Positions 1-12,655 of a DNA stretch of 64,000 nucleotides are shown piece after piece. How positions within the stretch are numbered: the first letter of the stretch is position 1; every line of letters starts with the position of its first letter. Below the pieces are notes generated by a model. It saw nothing but the letters and a program-made list of their open reading frames with translations, had not been told where the DNA came from and did no database searches. The translations under genes were made by a program, and so were the position numbers. The stretch comes from Setoptus koraiensis. Its lineage: Eukaryota > Animalia > Arthropoda. The stretch lies in contig CM106586.1 in NCBI GenBank assembly GCA_048013815.1, positions 11,222,001-11,286,000 of the forward strand, given 5' to 3'.

Positions 1-1071
1 TTAGTCAGTGTATAGTTAGTCATATAGTCAACGACAGTCAACCACGGCAAAACATTACATAATGCCGCTGCTGCTGCTGTTGTCATTTTTGCGTCGCCAG
101 TCGTGATAGCGTTGCCTGACTCAACTGCCGCCGACCGGTCAGCTGTCGGTAAGTATTGAGCGCGCTGTGAGAGGTTATTACGATCTTATATTAGATTATT
201 TGCTGATAACAGCAAATAATCGTATAACAGCGCGCCACTGCCGACGGTATGACGCAACGAACGAATGAATGGGCATTTGTGCTACTTTAACATGCTGCTC
301 AACAATGCAAATGTTCGTACATGTAATACAGTTGCGAGCAGCCCGAGTGTAGAATGATAATTACTTGATTGCGAGCGTCGGTTGTGCTCAAAACCGGCTG
401 CTCTCTGTTGTGCCAGCCAGCGAATCACGAGCGCCGCAAATTACGTAACGGCCTGCTCCGTGCCAGTACGTGTAAGGCGCGCGCACAAGGTGAGCACGCG
501 AATCGTGGGAGTTGCCGTTACTAGAGCAACTGGAACATTCTTGCTCGTTGCGCCACTCTCTCCCGCTTTCTCTCACTCTCTGTTGCGCGGCCCGATCGAT
601 CGTGTTCTGTCGATCGCGCTCAGTCGGTCGTACTGTGTCGGTCGTACGCTGTTGAGCGCACCCGGTGAGTTACGCGATTCGTGCCCGCTCCTTCCGCTCT
701 CTGTGTGTCACCCGGTTCGTGGTTGCGTGCGTGCTTGGCCGCGCCGTCGGTTGTGCGGCCGACAACGCGGAGTAGCCGGCCAATCGGCACACACACACAC
801 ACCGGGCATTGAATCAAAGCCGCTCCAGGTTCCAGTTCCGAGTTGCGACTTTGAACGAATTGCGCGCAAGTAAGGCACGCCGCTTACGCGCAACAACCAG
901 CGCGTGCAGCCGCCGCTAACCAGAGCGAGCACAACCCGCCGGCCGCCAAACAAACTGACAATTGTGAATGAATTAGTGTGGCGCAACAGTTCGCAGCAAA
1001 GCCGGTTACATAAGTAGTAGCGCGTGCCAAATTCTGTTTGCGCTCAGGTACGTATTGTTGCACGAGCAGCA

Positions 1072-1093
1072 GTGTGTGTGTGTGTGTGTGTGT
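1072..1093. repeat. (GT)11 microsatellite
   Basis: Directly visible perfect GT dinucleotide run. Confidence 0.95.
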
Positions 1094-2717
1094 CCATATT
1101 GGCGCATTTGATTTGATCGTTCGCTGGTCGGTTGTGTGTCGCGCGCGCGCTCTTCTATGCAGCCCATCGCCATAGATGACACAGCAACAGCGAATAGCAC
1201 ACCGGAGATAATTGAACGTTCGCAGGAAGCAACAACCAGTCTAGTTTCGTCACTGAGTTGCCCGCCTTTAGCTGCCCCCATAGTGGCCGATTTGGCGCCC
1301 ATGTGCGCATGCTCGGTGCGCAATCGGTGCGGATAGTTGCGCCGGGGACCCCAGTAAGTTGCACGAGTTGTGGACGAGTCGCAAGCGACGGTTACGTATT
1401 ACAACTACAACCATAGTTGTAATAGTTATGGTTATAATGCGACCAGTTTTGCTTCGCGCGACACTCCACATCATGACAGATATCAGTTGAACGTTGGCGT
1501 CCGTCGCCACGACAACACCCACACCTATCAAACAGAATATCCAATAACGAACGCTCACACGGACCAGACAACTCTTCGCAAGTCACTTCCACCATAGCGA
1601 CCATCGCAAACTTACACGACAACAATCAACAATTGCCTAGTTAATTGCTCAGCAAGTGGCCAGCCAGTTGAGGGAGCCACATTGCTCAGTGTCAAGCATG
1701 ATACATTACAGGTAAAGCAAATCACTCACAAGCACATCTACAACATCCATGTCACCCATACAAGCGCAAGATTGTATGGGCCAATCAATATCGACAGCCG
1801 GTCAAGTCTAAACAAGACTGTGACGCTGTCACCAAGATGAGTATTTCTAGTCAATGAAATAAACTCTAGTCAAAAGCGGAAATGAGAACTAAGCCGAAGT
1901 AGGACTGGCCCAGGCAAAGCCCATTGTCAACCAGATCGTCAACACTAGTAGCCAACGACCATGTTTAATTGAGCGCCGCTACTACAGTGTTCGTCACTGG
2001 ATGATCGATAGTATTAGCTGGGTTCAAGGACACGAAACAGCCAACTTTCAACCGTTTTAGAGCAACTAACTTGCTCCAGAAACTGAGCTCCAACTTGCTC
2101 GGATGTACACACAAATGTAAAATAAATTATCATAATCATCAATCTGAATAAACTGTTGCCAATAGTCTAGTGCTATGGCAGTATCGCAACTTTGCTTTTG
2201 TACAATCAATTTCCCTCTTTTCCGTTCAATAGTTCAGTCGTTGTTGCGTTCATTGAGCGAGAAGGGTCTCAGCTTTTGTTCGAAGGGATACAAAAAAAGA
2301 ATATCTCACGTTAGTTTCTTTATTTACATAGTGAACCCCGGTTACTGTGATAGGGGTTATACACTAAAAAGCTTTATTTATCCTCTTTTAAAACAAAAGA
2401 GCCATCGGCTATATGGCCTCGTTCGTTGGTAACAACTAGCACAAATAGAAACAATTTTCTTCGCGTTTGATTATAATCAATTTTTTTTCCGACCAGCAGC
2501 AGATTTTCGACCAGGTCGATCGAAAATAGATTACAACCGCCGACAACGATACATACAACGTATTTACAAAATATAGTCATCAGTGTTAGTTAACTTGGTG
2601 GTGAGTAGAACATTGTGCATCCCGACATCTGTATCTTATAGTTGGCAGTACCAGTGAATAGAGAAATTCAAAAGATTTGTTTTAAACTCTTATTAGGTGT
2701 ACACCTCAAATCGATTG

Positions 2718-3368
2718 TCATTCCTCAATCTGGCCGAAGCGGCCCCCTTCTCCCCTTTTTCTATTTAGAGCATGTCTATGACGCGATTCATGGAGGTATT
2801 TTTGTCTATGTTTGGGTATTTTGCCTTCAGCCTCAAGCTTTGCCCGTGCCTCGCGTCTCTTGAGTATCCTCTGATATTGTTTTGCATTGACGTACTTGGG
2901 CTGATTTGGGTCTTGAGCATTGTCGCTGTATTGTTGCTGTTGAATGAGACTAATGTCAGCATTGTTATGTTGATCAACAAAAGATGTCAAACAGTTGTTG
3001 GAGACAGGTCCTGCCACAGGTAATGTTATTGGAGTGATAAAATGTCTACCATTGGTAGAGTTTTGAACATTGGCCAAAGGTGATGTTCCGTTAACGGTTG
3101 CCGAGCCAACAGATTGCAAACCGTTGGTTGGAACAGGCGAAAAAACTACTGTCCTGCCTCCTGGAATCTGTTGAATGAGCAGGGGTTGATGTTGGTGATG
3201 TTCTGAGGCTGGATTCTGGGCAAGAGGAATGAACATTGGCTGCATCGGAGTAGTTCCGTTTGTTTGATAATTTGTGCCCGATATTCCTGCAACTGTTCCC
3301 GGCTGATAGTGGAATGAAGCCGGCAGTTGTACTGTTGCAATTGACTTTTGATCAGTCATTTTTGCCAT
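2718..3368 (-). CDS. NFYA: Nuclear transcription factor Y subunit alpha (CBF-B/HAP2), intronless, 216 aa
   Basis: C-terminal [21 protein letters not shown]...[21 protein letters not shown] is the NF-YA core domain; Q/P/T-rich N-terminal activation region. Confidence 0.96.
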   Translation of the reverse strand: MAKMTDQKSIATVQLPASFHYQPGTVAGISGTNYQTNGTTPMQPMFIPLAQNPASEHHQHQPLLIQQIPGGRTVVFSPVPTNGLQSVGSATVNGTSPLANVQNSTNGRHFITPITLPVAGPVSNNCLTSFVDQHNNADISLIQQQQYSDNAQDPNQPKYVNAKQYQRILKRREARAKLEAEGKIPKHRQKYLHESRHRHALNRKRGEGGRFGQIEE

Positions 3369-3933
3369 TTATCCCTGCTCTTTCTACAATTTTAATATTT
3401 GGTGTCCGAATGGAAGTTTTGATTTATGCAAATGCGGCAGTGATTGCAAGTGAAAATGATTGCCGACTTGTTGTTTCCTACCGACAGTTTTATCAGTCAG
3501 TTGTTGTTGTTGTTGCGTTGTATTAACATTAGCGGACAGTCTGCAGGATAAGCGCTTTGTTTATGTCGACAAATCTGCAGATGAGCAATCACCAGTCTGC
3601 TCTGTTGATTCTATCGATGTCCGCGAGAGGCGCTCACAACGCTCAAACACTGCACTGTGGAAGGCAGAGCATTGCGTCAACTATCTCGACTCTTCGATCA
3701 ACCCGCCTAAGACAGGCATGTCTTCGTGTTTATTACTTGTTAGTCCTGCAGATATAGCGCTTCGTGTTTTTCATTTATATTTATACTGTGAACTCAAAAT
3801 TGGTAAAATCGTCTTGTCCGTGAATAATTTTACACCTCATGTAATATTTTTTATCTATCCTCTATTGATTCACGGCAGACAAATAACACACAGACTAACC
3901 ATCTAAGATCTGGCTTTCTAAAATAGATTAACC

Positions 3934-5437
3934 ATGGAGAACGTTAATCAGCTGCCAGACGAGATCTGGCTACAAGCTAATGAAATTAAGGCAAACAGAA
4001 TCAGCTGGCAGAGTTACTTGCAATCTCAAATGATTAATCAGGAGGATTTCAATTTCATCACAACATTTGAACGGATGGAACCTGGTGAACAGAGGGAAAA
4101 ATTTCTGCTAGAAAATCGTGTCCAATGTGCCAAAACATTCCTATCTCTACTAGGTCATTTAGCCAAAGATCAGACTATTCAATACATACTTATTCTCATT
4201 GATGACATGTTCAATGAAGACAGGTCTAGGGTAGAGATATTCCGAGAATATTGCAAGAAAAATCGAGTATCAGTATGGAACCCATTTCTAATGCTATTCA
4301 ATAGGACAGATGATTTCATCATCAATATGAGTTGCCGCATTATAGCGAAGATTGCCTGCTGGAGTACCGAGCAAATGGAGGGACCGGACCTTATAATACA
4401 TTTAACTTGGTTACGAGATCATCTCCGGGCTCCCGTAAGTTGCACAATTGATTTCTTCCTGTATTAGTAAGCACCACTTTGATTTGCTGATCCTAACAAT
4501 TATTTTCTTTTTTCTATCTACATCAATACTCTCCCAGAACAACCAATACCTTCAATCAGTTGCAAGATGTCTACAAATGATGTTACGCATTGACGAATAC
4601 AGGCGAGTGTTCAACGATATTGGTGGTATTGCCACTCTTGAAAACCTGTTGGCTCAAGGAAGACTCAATTTTCAGATACAGTATCAACTTGGGTTCTGTT
4701 GTTGGGTTCTCACGTTCAATACTGACTTAGCACGTAGTATGAAAAAATACAACATCATCCAACATTTGGCGGATATATTGCGCGAATCAGTTAAAGAAAA
4801 AGTGAAACGAATAGTCTTAGCAGTCTTCAGAAACTTGATCGAAAAAGTCGACGACAAAGAAGTCAGTCGGGAAAATGCAATTTTGATGGTGCAATGTAAA
4901 GTCATGAAACAGCTACAGATTATACAGCAATCTCTTCAGAATAGCGAGGATCCAGAATTAGTTGAAGATGTTAACTTTCTTGTGGACGTTCTTCAAGCTT
5001 CAGTTCAAGATCTCAGCTCTTTCGACGAGTATTCAACCGAACTAAGATCAGGTAGACTAGAGTGGTCACCGGTACACAATTCGGAAAAATTCTGGCGTGA
5101 GAATGCCCACAAACTTAACGAAAAAAACTACGAACTACTCAAAATATTGATCGGTATCTTAGAGCATTCGAAAGATCCATTGGTCATGAGTGTTGCTGCT
5201 TATGATTTAGGAGAATATGTTCGCCACTATCCTAGGGGCAAAGTAGTGGCAGAAAATCTAGGTGGCAAGCATCTTGTTATGCAACGACTTACCCACGAGG
5301 ATACTCAAGTCAGATATCAAGCTCTCCTTTGTGTACAGAAACTGATGGTCCAAAATTGGGAGTACCTTGGCAAACAGTTGAAATTAGAGAAGGAGGAAGG
5401 TGGGATCGCTCGGTTTCCGCTCAAGGCCACAGGCTAA
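3934..5437 (+). CDS. ATP6V1H: V-type proton ATPase subunit H (VhaSFD); exons 3934-4434 and 4538-5437, 466 aa
   Basis: [30 protein letters not shown] and [20 protein letters not shown] motifs. A phase-0 GTAAGT...CCCAG intron of 103 nt (4435-4537), with a CTAAC branch-like motif, joins the two ORFs in frame. Confidence 0.97.
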
Positions 5438-6384
5438 TGATGTTCTTCAAATCGTTACAAACATGCGTTCAGCAATAACGGATATACAATTTCATCTCGT
5501 TGATTTGGGATGGAATAAAATGAAAGAATATACATTTAATAATCTATCCGATGAACAAAGTAGGTCATAATCTCAACTGTTGAATGTATCTTCATATTCA
5601 TACCATCTGAAAATAGATATATTAGTCCAAACTAAGCAAATGCCTATGTAGCCAGGAATCCAAACAGTACTTTTCTCTCTAAAGACCTTAGGGATGTACA
5701 CGCAAGGAACTACGTAATATAAAGAATCACACAAGAGCTAAGTCCCTAGTCAAAGTACTCATGAAACTTCCAACGAATTTCATATTTCATTCGAGAAGGA
5801 GTAATACATCACACTTAGTCAAGATAAAATAATTAACTAATTAATCAAGCCCACTCGTTTCTTTTGCCCTCATTTTACAATATTGTATGAATGTTTATAT
5901 CAAAGAGGATATTAAATGATAGTGCTTGTTACCAAGCACTCTAGACTCGACATATGATAGCACAAATTGCCCTACAACATCGTCAATATTTCATTCTCCG
6001 AAATCAGTAAAAAGCTAGAGTAGTTGAGTGAAACAAAAAGTTAATTGATGAGGGAGGTCCAATTTACACTGTTCCTTCTCTTGGCCGTTCCTCTGGAAGA
6101 ATCCGTCTGACGCACATCTCAAAATGTCAGTGCTGAAATATTTTTCGTTGTGTTGGTTTTTTTATGATCTAATTTAATAGCTCTAGTTATTGTTGCTTTG
6201 ATTCGGGTTGAGTTTGTATCGTGCTCGTCATAACGAATACCAATGGCAATTAATACCAATTGAATTATTACCTCCTAAACAAAGTTCAATCGTAATAAGT
6301 TTTGAACGCGTCATATGCTCTTTATGGACAATCACTAGCAAAAAACTTTATTTCATGTCGTCCTGCAACTACTCTCTGGTCGTG

Positions 6385-6391
6385 TATAAAA
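6385..6391 (+). promoter_or_regulatory. TATA box (TATAAAA) upstream of the small secreted-peptide ORF
   Basis: GTATAAAAGG lies about 100 nt upstream of ATG 6492. Confidence 0.5.
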
Positions 6392-6491
6392 GGAAACACA
6401 ATATTAGATTATTCTGAAAATCGCAATTGTCTGCCGAATTATAATTCATAAATAACAAACAAATCAAATCGTTTTGAGCCAATCAACGAAG

Positions 6492-6710
6492 ATGGATGTT
6501 AAAAATAAAATGAAATTTTGTCAAGATTTGTTGGGGTTGCTGGTTGCCATTATACTGGCCGCTGAGTCATTGGGCATAATGGCGTACGCTCAAACTGTCC
6601 AGCAGGATTTAGCCGGAAATGCGGAAACCTCGAATGTTAACGAAGGAGTCAATCAACAACCAGATTCAAATGAAGGATTCTTAACTTACTTACGCAGCTG
6701 GTTTGGTTGA
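6492..6710 (+). CDS. Small orphan secreted peptide (72 aa from ATG 6492; 66 aa from ATG 6510)
   Basis: Hydrophobic signal-like stretch LLGLLVAIILAAESLGIMAYA|Q, a Q/N/E-rich mature part and an amphipathic GFLTYLRSWFG C-terminus; upstream TATA box. Confidence 0.55.
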   Translation: MDVKNKMKFCQDLLGLLVAIILAAESLGIMAYAQTVQQDLAGNAETSNVNEGVNQQPDSNEGFLTYLRSWFG

Positions 6711-7397
6711 TCGCCAGAAATAGTGGTAACCATTCTCACATCATACCAATCAGGCTGATGATCAATAGAAAGACAATTAAGTGATGGTTGTTTCAAGCAA
6801 TCAAGAAACTATGAAAGAAGTTACTGATCAATAAACTTGCCTATACTTGTTCTTTGATTTATATGATTTCGACTGCTAACAAAACTTAATGGACTCACAA
6901 AAGTATCTCTCTACTCGAATCTTACAATGTTCACCACTTTCACTAGTAGGGTACTGCTTCCTTATTTGAAATCCACCGCGGCCTGAGTCACACGGGGCGT
7001 CACAGTCAGTCCAGGGTGTCCAATCATGAAATTTACAACCGTCACTAGTCATGGTGGTTGTAGTCGTTTCTAGGTCTCTATTTATTTCTGACTTTATTGA
7101 TGTTACATGAGCGATTTCATCGTTAAGGGATAAACTATCAACTTGGGGTACAGGTTCACTGGAGCGATCACTTGATAAGTCAGAATCGTTAATCCTACTT
7201 GATTTTACTTCTAGTATCAGGATAAAAGATATATATTAGATCAAAATTAGATCATGTGTCAACTATTATGCTAATCTAAGAGCAAGTTAGTAAGATGGAT
7301 TTCACAGTGAAAGTTAGCCGGTGGGAAACAACTTGCAAATGTTTGATCGTTAGTTTTGGAGGCATATCCTCGATTGTCTTCTTAGTTTTTTTTGTTT

Positions 7398-10300
7398 TCA
7401 ATATTCGGTGTTATTATCAGTAAATGCACTGTCTGTTATGTAGTTGTTACTGAGCAAATTCTTTTGTTGGCTCATGCGTTTTTTGTTTATATGTGGTTGA
7501 AAACGAAATTTACTTGTACCTAACAGTTCAGTGATTAGTCCATCGGATGGGAGATTCACTTCTGATGAGGTCATAGGGTAGGCCATGTTATTAAGATCGA
7601 TATTCTGTTGCTGTTGGAGGCGAGCATATTTTACGTCCTCATCATCATCCATCATAGCTGGAGATGTAGTGGAGGAGGGAGCATAGTTATTATTACTAGA
7701 AGAAGTGCCTAAGTGGTGTTGTTGTTGATTGTGCTGTTTGTTTCCATTTTGAGCAATCAATAGTGGACAAGGTGGAAGATCCTTGCATCGATGTCGCTGC
7801 ACAAGTTTTTTTTCACAGGGTTTACCTCCGTTTTGTGGCATTTGAATTATAGATCTACTGCGTGTCTTTTTTCCTTTCCCACAAAGGGCTGAACAGGTGG
7901 ACCACGGCGACCATTCACTCAATACACAGTCAATAATTGGTAAGTTAGGGTCTATAGGCGTTCTGTATCGATTGCCATTATTTTTAGCACCACTTCCGCC
8001 TTGGTGATTTTTACTTATTCCACCTTGGTGCTTCTTTTGATTAGAACTGTTATTTTGATGGTTATTGTTGGAGGATTGTTTTGATTGCCTCCCAGAGTGT
8101 GGTACGTTTTCATTTGAATCCACCAGATTTGCTAGCAAAGATGAGATGATCAAAAAAAGATTAGAGCAAGAATGAATGATTCAATCGGAATGAAGTCAAC
8201 CTTTGCTACAACCAACCTTTCATAGGTATAGCACATTGTTTTTCACAGTCCTGGTAACGCTCGAAATTATTTTTATTGCCTCTACAACCTCCGTAAACGA
8301 ATTTCATGCATTGGCCTTTCGCCGAATCGTAGTACCATCTAAGAAAATGTGCGCGACAAACACCGATCTCTTTAGGTTTCATGCAGATTTCTAAATTTAG
8401 TGTTCATAACAATATATATAGATTAGTAGATTTATTAGTATTAGTATCCTCCGAGTTAGTTTACTTGGACTCAAGCTGCCATGCAGAATGAAGTATTATT
8501 TACCTTTGGTGTGGTTCAAATCAGGTTGAGGACATTCGTTTGAGGAAGAATCAGTATCACTACCGATGCAAGGCGCTTTCTGATAAAGTGAAACGTTGCA
8601 ATAGTTTTGAGTTTGATCGTTCAGGTATCTCCTAACGCGTATTTTTACTCCTCGTCCTGGTGAAGATTGGGAATGGATATTTTTTGTGGTTAGATTGACT
8701 TATATTTAATCTTTTTAAATCTTTTACTTTATCTATTTAGAGCTGATACTCACCACAAGCAACCGAGCAAGGTGACCAATCGGACCATTTAGTCACTTGA
8801 CATTTAGAGTCGATGATTTCTGAGTCGTCTGTACATTCGTCCCCCAAGATACCTAGGCAAGGTTCTTTATCAACAAGTATAACAGAAGAGCATGCCTTCT
8901 TGACAACATCATCCAAAAACATTCGTGTTCGTTGCCTGAAACCTTGTCCGCATGTTACCGAACAATCTGACCAGGCGGACCACGCTGTTGTTGTACAGGT
9001 GATATTGCCTACACACTCAGATTCACATATTTCTTTTTCTATGAGGTCAGCCTTCTTGCATCCGATCATATGTGCTTTGTCGTAAATGAAACTTCTTGTT
9101 CTCGTACGTATACCTTGACCACAATGCGAATTGCAAGGTGTCCAAGCTGTCCAATTTGTAACACGACAATCCAAATAGGGCGTCTGCTGATCTTGGTTTG
9201 CTTGATCGAAAAAAGGCACCTGTCCACTATCTGCTGTCCCAATGTGAGAAGATGGTCCTCTTTGATGTGAGGGTGTAAGAGTATGATGATCTCTATGGGC
9301 AGACGTCGCCGTCAGATCTTGGTCATTACATGACTTCTCATAGATTCTCTGTCGAGTTACTGTGAGCCTAGCGAATGGTCTCATTTGATCTCTATCTTGT
9401 TGCATAGACTGACTATCAACACTTGGTTGTAATGATTCTTTGTTTGATGTTTGTTCATTTTGATTATTGGTACTACTTTGTAATCTTCTGAGTGGACGAA
9501 TACGTTCTTGCGGTATAGTGGGCTGATCAGGCGACATATAAGATGTTCCCGAATCCGTTCCAGCATCCCAAAGGTATAAATTAATGACTCTTTGGGGAAC
9601 CCATGAGCAATCTCTTTGGCATAGCTCCAAACCAGATACACCAACCATCCAATCAGGACTGGGACCCAATTTTGAAAGTATTGATACTAAGTGATGCTGA
9701 CGATCAGTCCTAAACACTGCAAACGTCTTACTATTCAAGTTTGGGTACCACAATTCGCGAGCCTTGATAATAGTTCGTATCTTGTTTGATTCAAGTTTTA
9801 GTTCGGACTCTAGCCGTTTCGTTGATCCAACTTCGGCAAGTTCGTGCACACCCTCGGAGGCGTAACCGTCATAGTCCCACATTTTGAAATCGGTGGAATG
9901 ACTGGCGCCAATGATGTCACTAAAGTGTGCCAGCCAGTAATTTTGTGGAAAGTCTCTGGGATGAGTGTATCTCGACCAGAGTCCTTCGAATACCATCTCA
10001 TATTTGGCCTCGTCACAAGCGCAACATTGATCCAATATTGGTGGTTGTTCCTCTTGCAGAAGAGACGACGAATAATTAACCTGGCCAGTTTGTTGTTGGG
10101 CAGCAGCAGCGGAAGCATTATGCTGCTGTTGTTGCTGTTGATGGTGATGCTGACGTTGTTGATGTTGTTGCTGTTGTGGTTGATTGTTGTTGTTGCTCCT
10201 GTAATGTTGAGCATCTTGCCAGGTATTTTGATTTATTAAATTGCCGCCTGTTGACGACGTCGTCGATGACTTTGATGGGTCCTGATATATACAATGTAGG

Positions 10301-10434
10301 CCATATTTGTTTATCTCTATTTGGCATATCAATATAACGGTGAGTAATACAAGATACAACATGGAAGATAGTAAACTATTCAAGAAAAAATATATGTCGC
10401 TAGTTGAGCATTTTAATTTGACCATGGTCGTCAT
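7398..10434 (-). CDS. SPON1: Spondin-1/F-spondin (fat-spondin-like): Spondin_N, four TSP1 repeats and a Kunitz domain; exons 10434-8754, 8656-8504, 8390-8217, 8131-7398, 913 aa
   Basis: CCACDEAKYEMVFEGLWSRYTHPRDFP...SPDWMVG...DAGTDSG (Spondin_N) and four WSxWSxCSxxCG TSP1 repeats. An exon absent from the ORF track encodes the Kunitz domain CMKPKEIGVCRAHFLRWYYDSAKGQCMKFVYGGCRGNKNNFERYQDCEKQC. Three phase-1 GT-AG introns (97, 113, 85 nt) keep the frame. Confidence 0.93.
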
Positions 10435-11874
10435 GTTTGCAACATCAGTGCTCCATTTACAGCGATGATAACAATAAGTTGATTTGAAGCTGAAATATTT
10501 CCTCTGTTTCTGTGTAATGTGATGCGATCAACAGTGAAAGATTGTCGAGTGTGTTGCCGTTGCTTTTTGCTGCTGTTGCCCGTTCACTGGCAAGTTCCCT
10601 CAGTCGTCGGTTTGTCACTTATTTGTGCGTTTGGCATAGAATGTTGTTGAGCTAATGAGCTATTTATTTGAAAGAATTTAAATGATTATTGAATGATTAA
10701 TAGTTGCAATTTCAGTGTGTCGAAGCTGCAATTGTTGATATGAGTGCCTGTGACCAATATTCTAAATTGTATCAAGTTCAACACGCAAAATGTGATGATA
10801 TGTGACTGTGATATGTTATAGGCTGTGGGCTGGCTGCCTGCTCTAAACAGTTCCTAGGTTCCATCGCTGTTAGGTTCTCTACTTGTAATTACTGCTATAT
10901 GCTACTGCACTGCCACTACTGCTACTATTCGCACCACTGTGCTACTTGAATACATCTGATAAACCAGTAAACAGCGCAAACTCAACGCACTCGTCAATGC
11001 ATCGTTAATGCGACCATACAACAGCACAACACGTACTTGAACTGTTTCTGTGCCATTTATCCTTCCTATTCTCTCTCTTGTGGCGAACACTCTCAAACAG
11101 CGGCAGAGTACAGTTATAACGAGTTAATGCCACTAGCCTATAAACGACCATAGGGATCGTTCCCGTATCTGCCAGCAACTGGCCTTTCAACTGATCACAA
11201 TACACGTTTTTATCCACGTTCCCTGTGACACATCCTCACATCCTTGTGCGACTTGATTTGTATACTGATTTCGTGCATTGGTGACTCGTCGGTTGCTGTG
11301 AGCAATCTTATAAGATCTTGCACATAATTAATGGCGGCGTCGAGTCAATATCAATCGAACCATCGAACATTGTCAATGTCCACCCCCGCGCCGCAGTTCG
11401 CACACACTTTTCGCGCTGGCTGAGCGAAGCGACTGGTCATTGCAGTTGCGACTATCCTCCTTTCCCCTCCCCTACCCCTTTCACGACTAAAAAGTCCGCG
11501 GACTCCCCCTCCTATGATAGGACTCCTATGATGGGACTCCTATACCACACACGCAAGCTTGTTGTAGTGGCCCAAAGTGTGCTTTATTCGAGAAAAAAGC
11601 GCGCCCCGATTGCACCAATAGAGAACACGTAGAATTTATGCCTCTTGCAAGTCAGCTGTTTCTGGTATTCTGGTTATTGTTCCTTGCGGGAAGCAGCGTC
11701 TTATCGCTGCCGCGGTGGGAGTGCCAGATGGGAGGGCGGGAGAACAGGGAGCGTTCCCGCAGAATAAAATGGACGTGACAGGAGAGAAGAAAGCGCAGAA
11801 AAAAGGAGAAAGGTCGCCCGGCCCACTTTTCGTCAGTCGGAACGAAAAGGATAATTTATTGTAAAATTTTAAAA

Positions 11875-12204
11875 CTAATGTAGTAGTGCAACACTACGGT
11901 CCAGAATCTCTTTCGCGGTAGATTCGAGAATCTTTAGCTCCTTGATTAATTTGAGATCGAAGTGTTTGCATGACGATGATGTAACCAACTCTAATCTGGG
12001 CAAAAGATTATCAATGCTAAAATCGTCGCCATAATGATTACAGCTGTTTTCTTTGACAAGATGATTCAGAGTTGACTCTAATTCTGACACTCTTTTATTC
12101 AATTTCTCTTCCTCATCTTGCATTTGTTCAAACTCTCGTTTCGCAATGTCCACTAATTCGCGTAATCTTTTCAAATCCAGGTCAAATTTATTATTGTTGG
12201 CCAT
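11875..12204 (-). CDS. Hypothetical small coiled-coil protein (109 aa from ATG 12204)
   Basis: Open frame with heptad-like L/E/K pattern (LKRLRELVDIAKREFEQMQDEEEKLNKRVSELESTL); no family recognised. Confidence 0.5.
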   Translation of the reverse strand: MANNNKFDLDLKRLRELVDIAKREFEQMQDEEEKLNKRVSELESTLNHLVKENSCNHYGDDFSIDNLLPRLELVTSSSCKHFDLKLIKELKILESTAKEILDRSVALLH

Positions 12205-12396
12205 TGTATTATGGAAAATATAGTGCAAATTATTGTTTCGTTCTATATTTTTTTTTTTGTCAATTTTTCAATAGAAGATCAATAAAAATCTTATAGATGA
12301 GTTTAGTAGTATCAACGTATACGATGTGACTGATGCACCAAAATGTTGTACCCATGAACCGACGGAAAGCTGCTGGACGCAGCGCGAAATTTGAAA

Positions 12397-12432
12397 TTAT
12401 ATATATTTATATATATTATATATATATATATA
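12397..12432. repeat. Imperfect (TA)n microsatellite
   Basis: Directly visible TA-rich run between the SR gene and the 109-aa ORF. Confidence 0.85.
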
Positions 12433-12655
12433 TGCTATAGAGATGAGATAAGTAGAAAAATGTAGTTTCTACGGAGTTTAATTAGATGGGGACGGCAATT
12501 GAAGTGTACATTGATGTTTAAGAGTTGAGTATAGTTGCAATTGATTGATTGATGTATGTTTGTACTTCTGAAAATTCTTTGTTTGTTTGTGTGTTGATTT
12601 GTGAGTGAGTTGTTTTGTTGTTTGGTTTATTTTCAACGGTTGGTGGTTGCTTGCT

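Noticed and set aside
871-880. TAAGGCACGC, identical to the first 10 nt of miR-124
   Set aside because: The match stops after 10 nt and there is no complementary precursor arm.
382-1625. Several overlapping 60-160-aa ORFs
   Set aside because: They start mostly at TTG/GTG, run through GC-rich and (GT)n/(CA)n sequence, and show no recognisable motif; this is expected by chance.
1951-1962. GCCAACGACCAT, like the 5' end of insect 5S rRNA
   Set aside because: Only 12 nt match; the following sequence and internal A/C boxes are absent.
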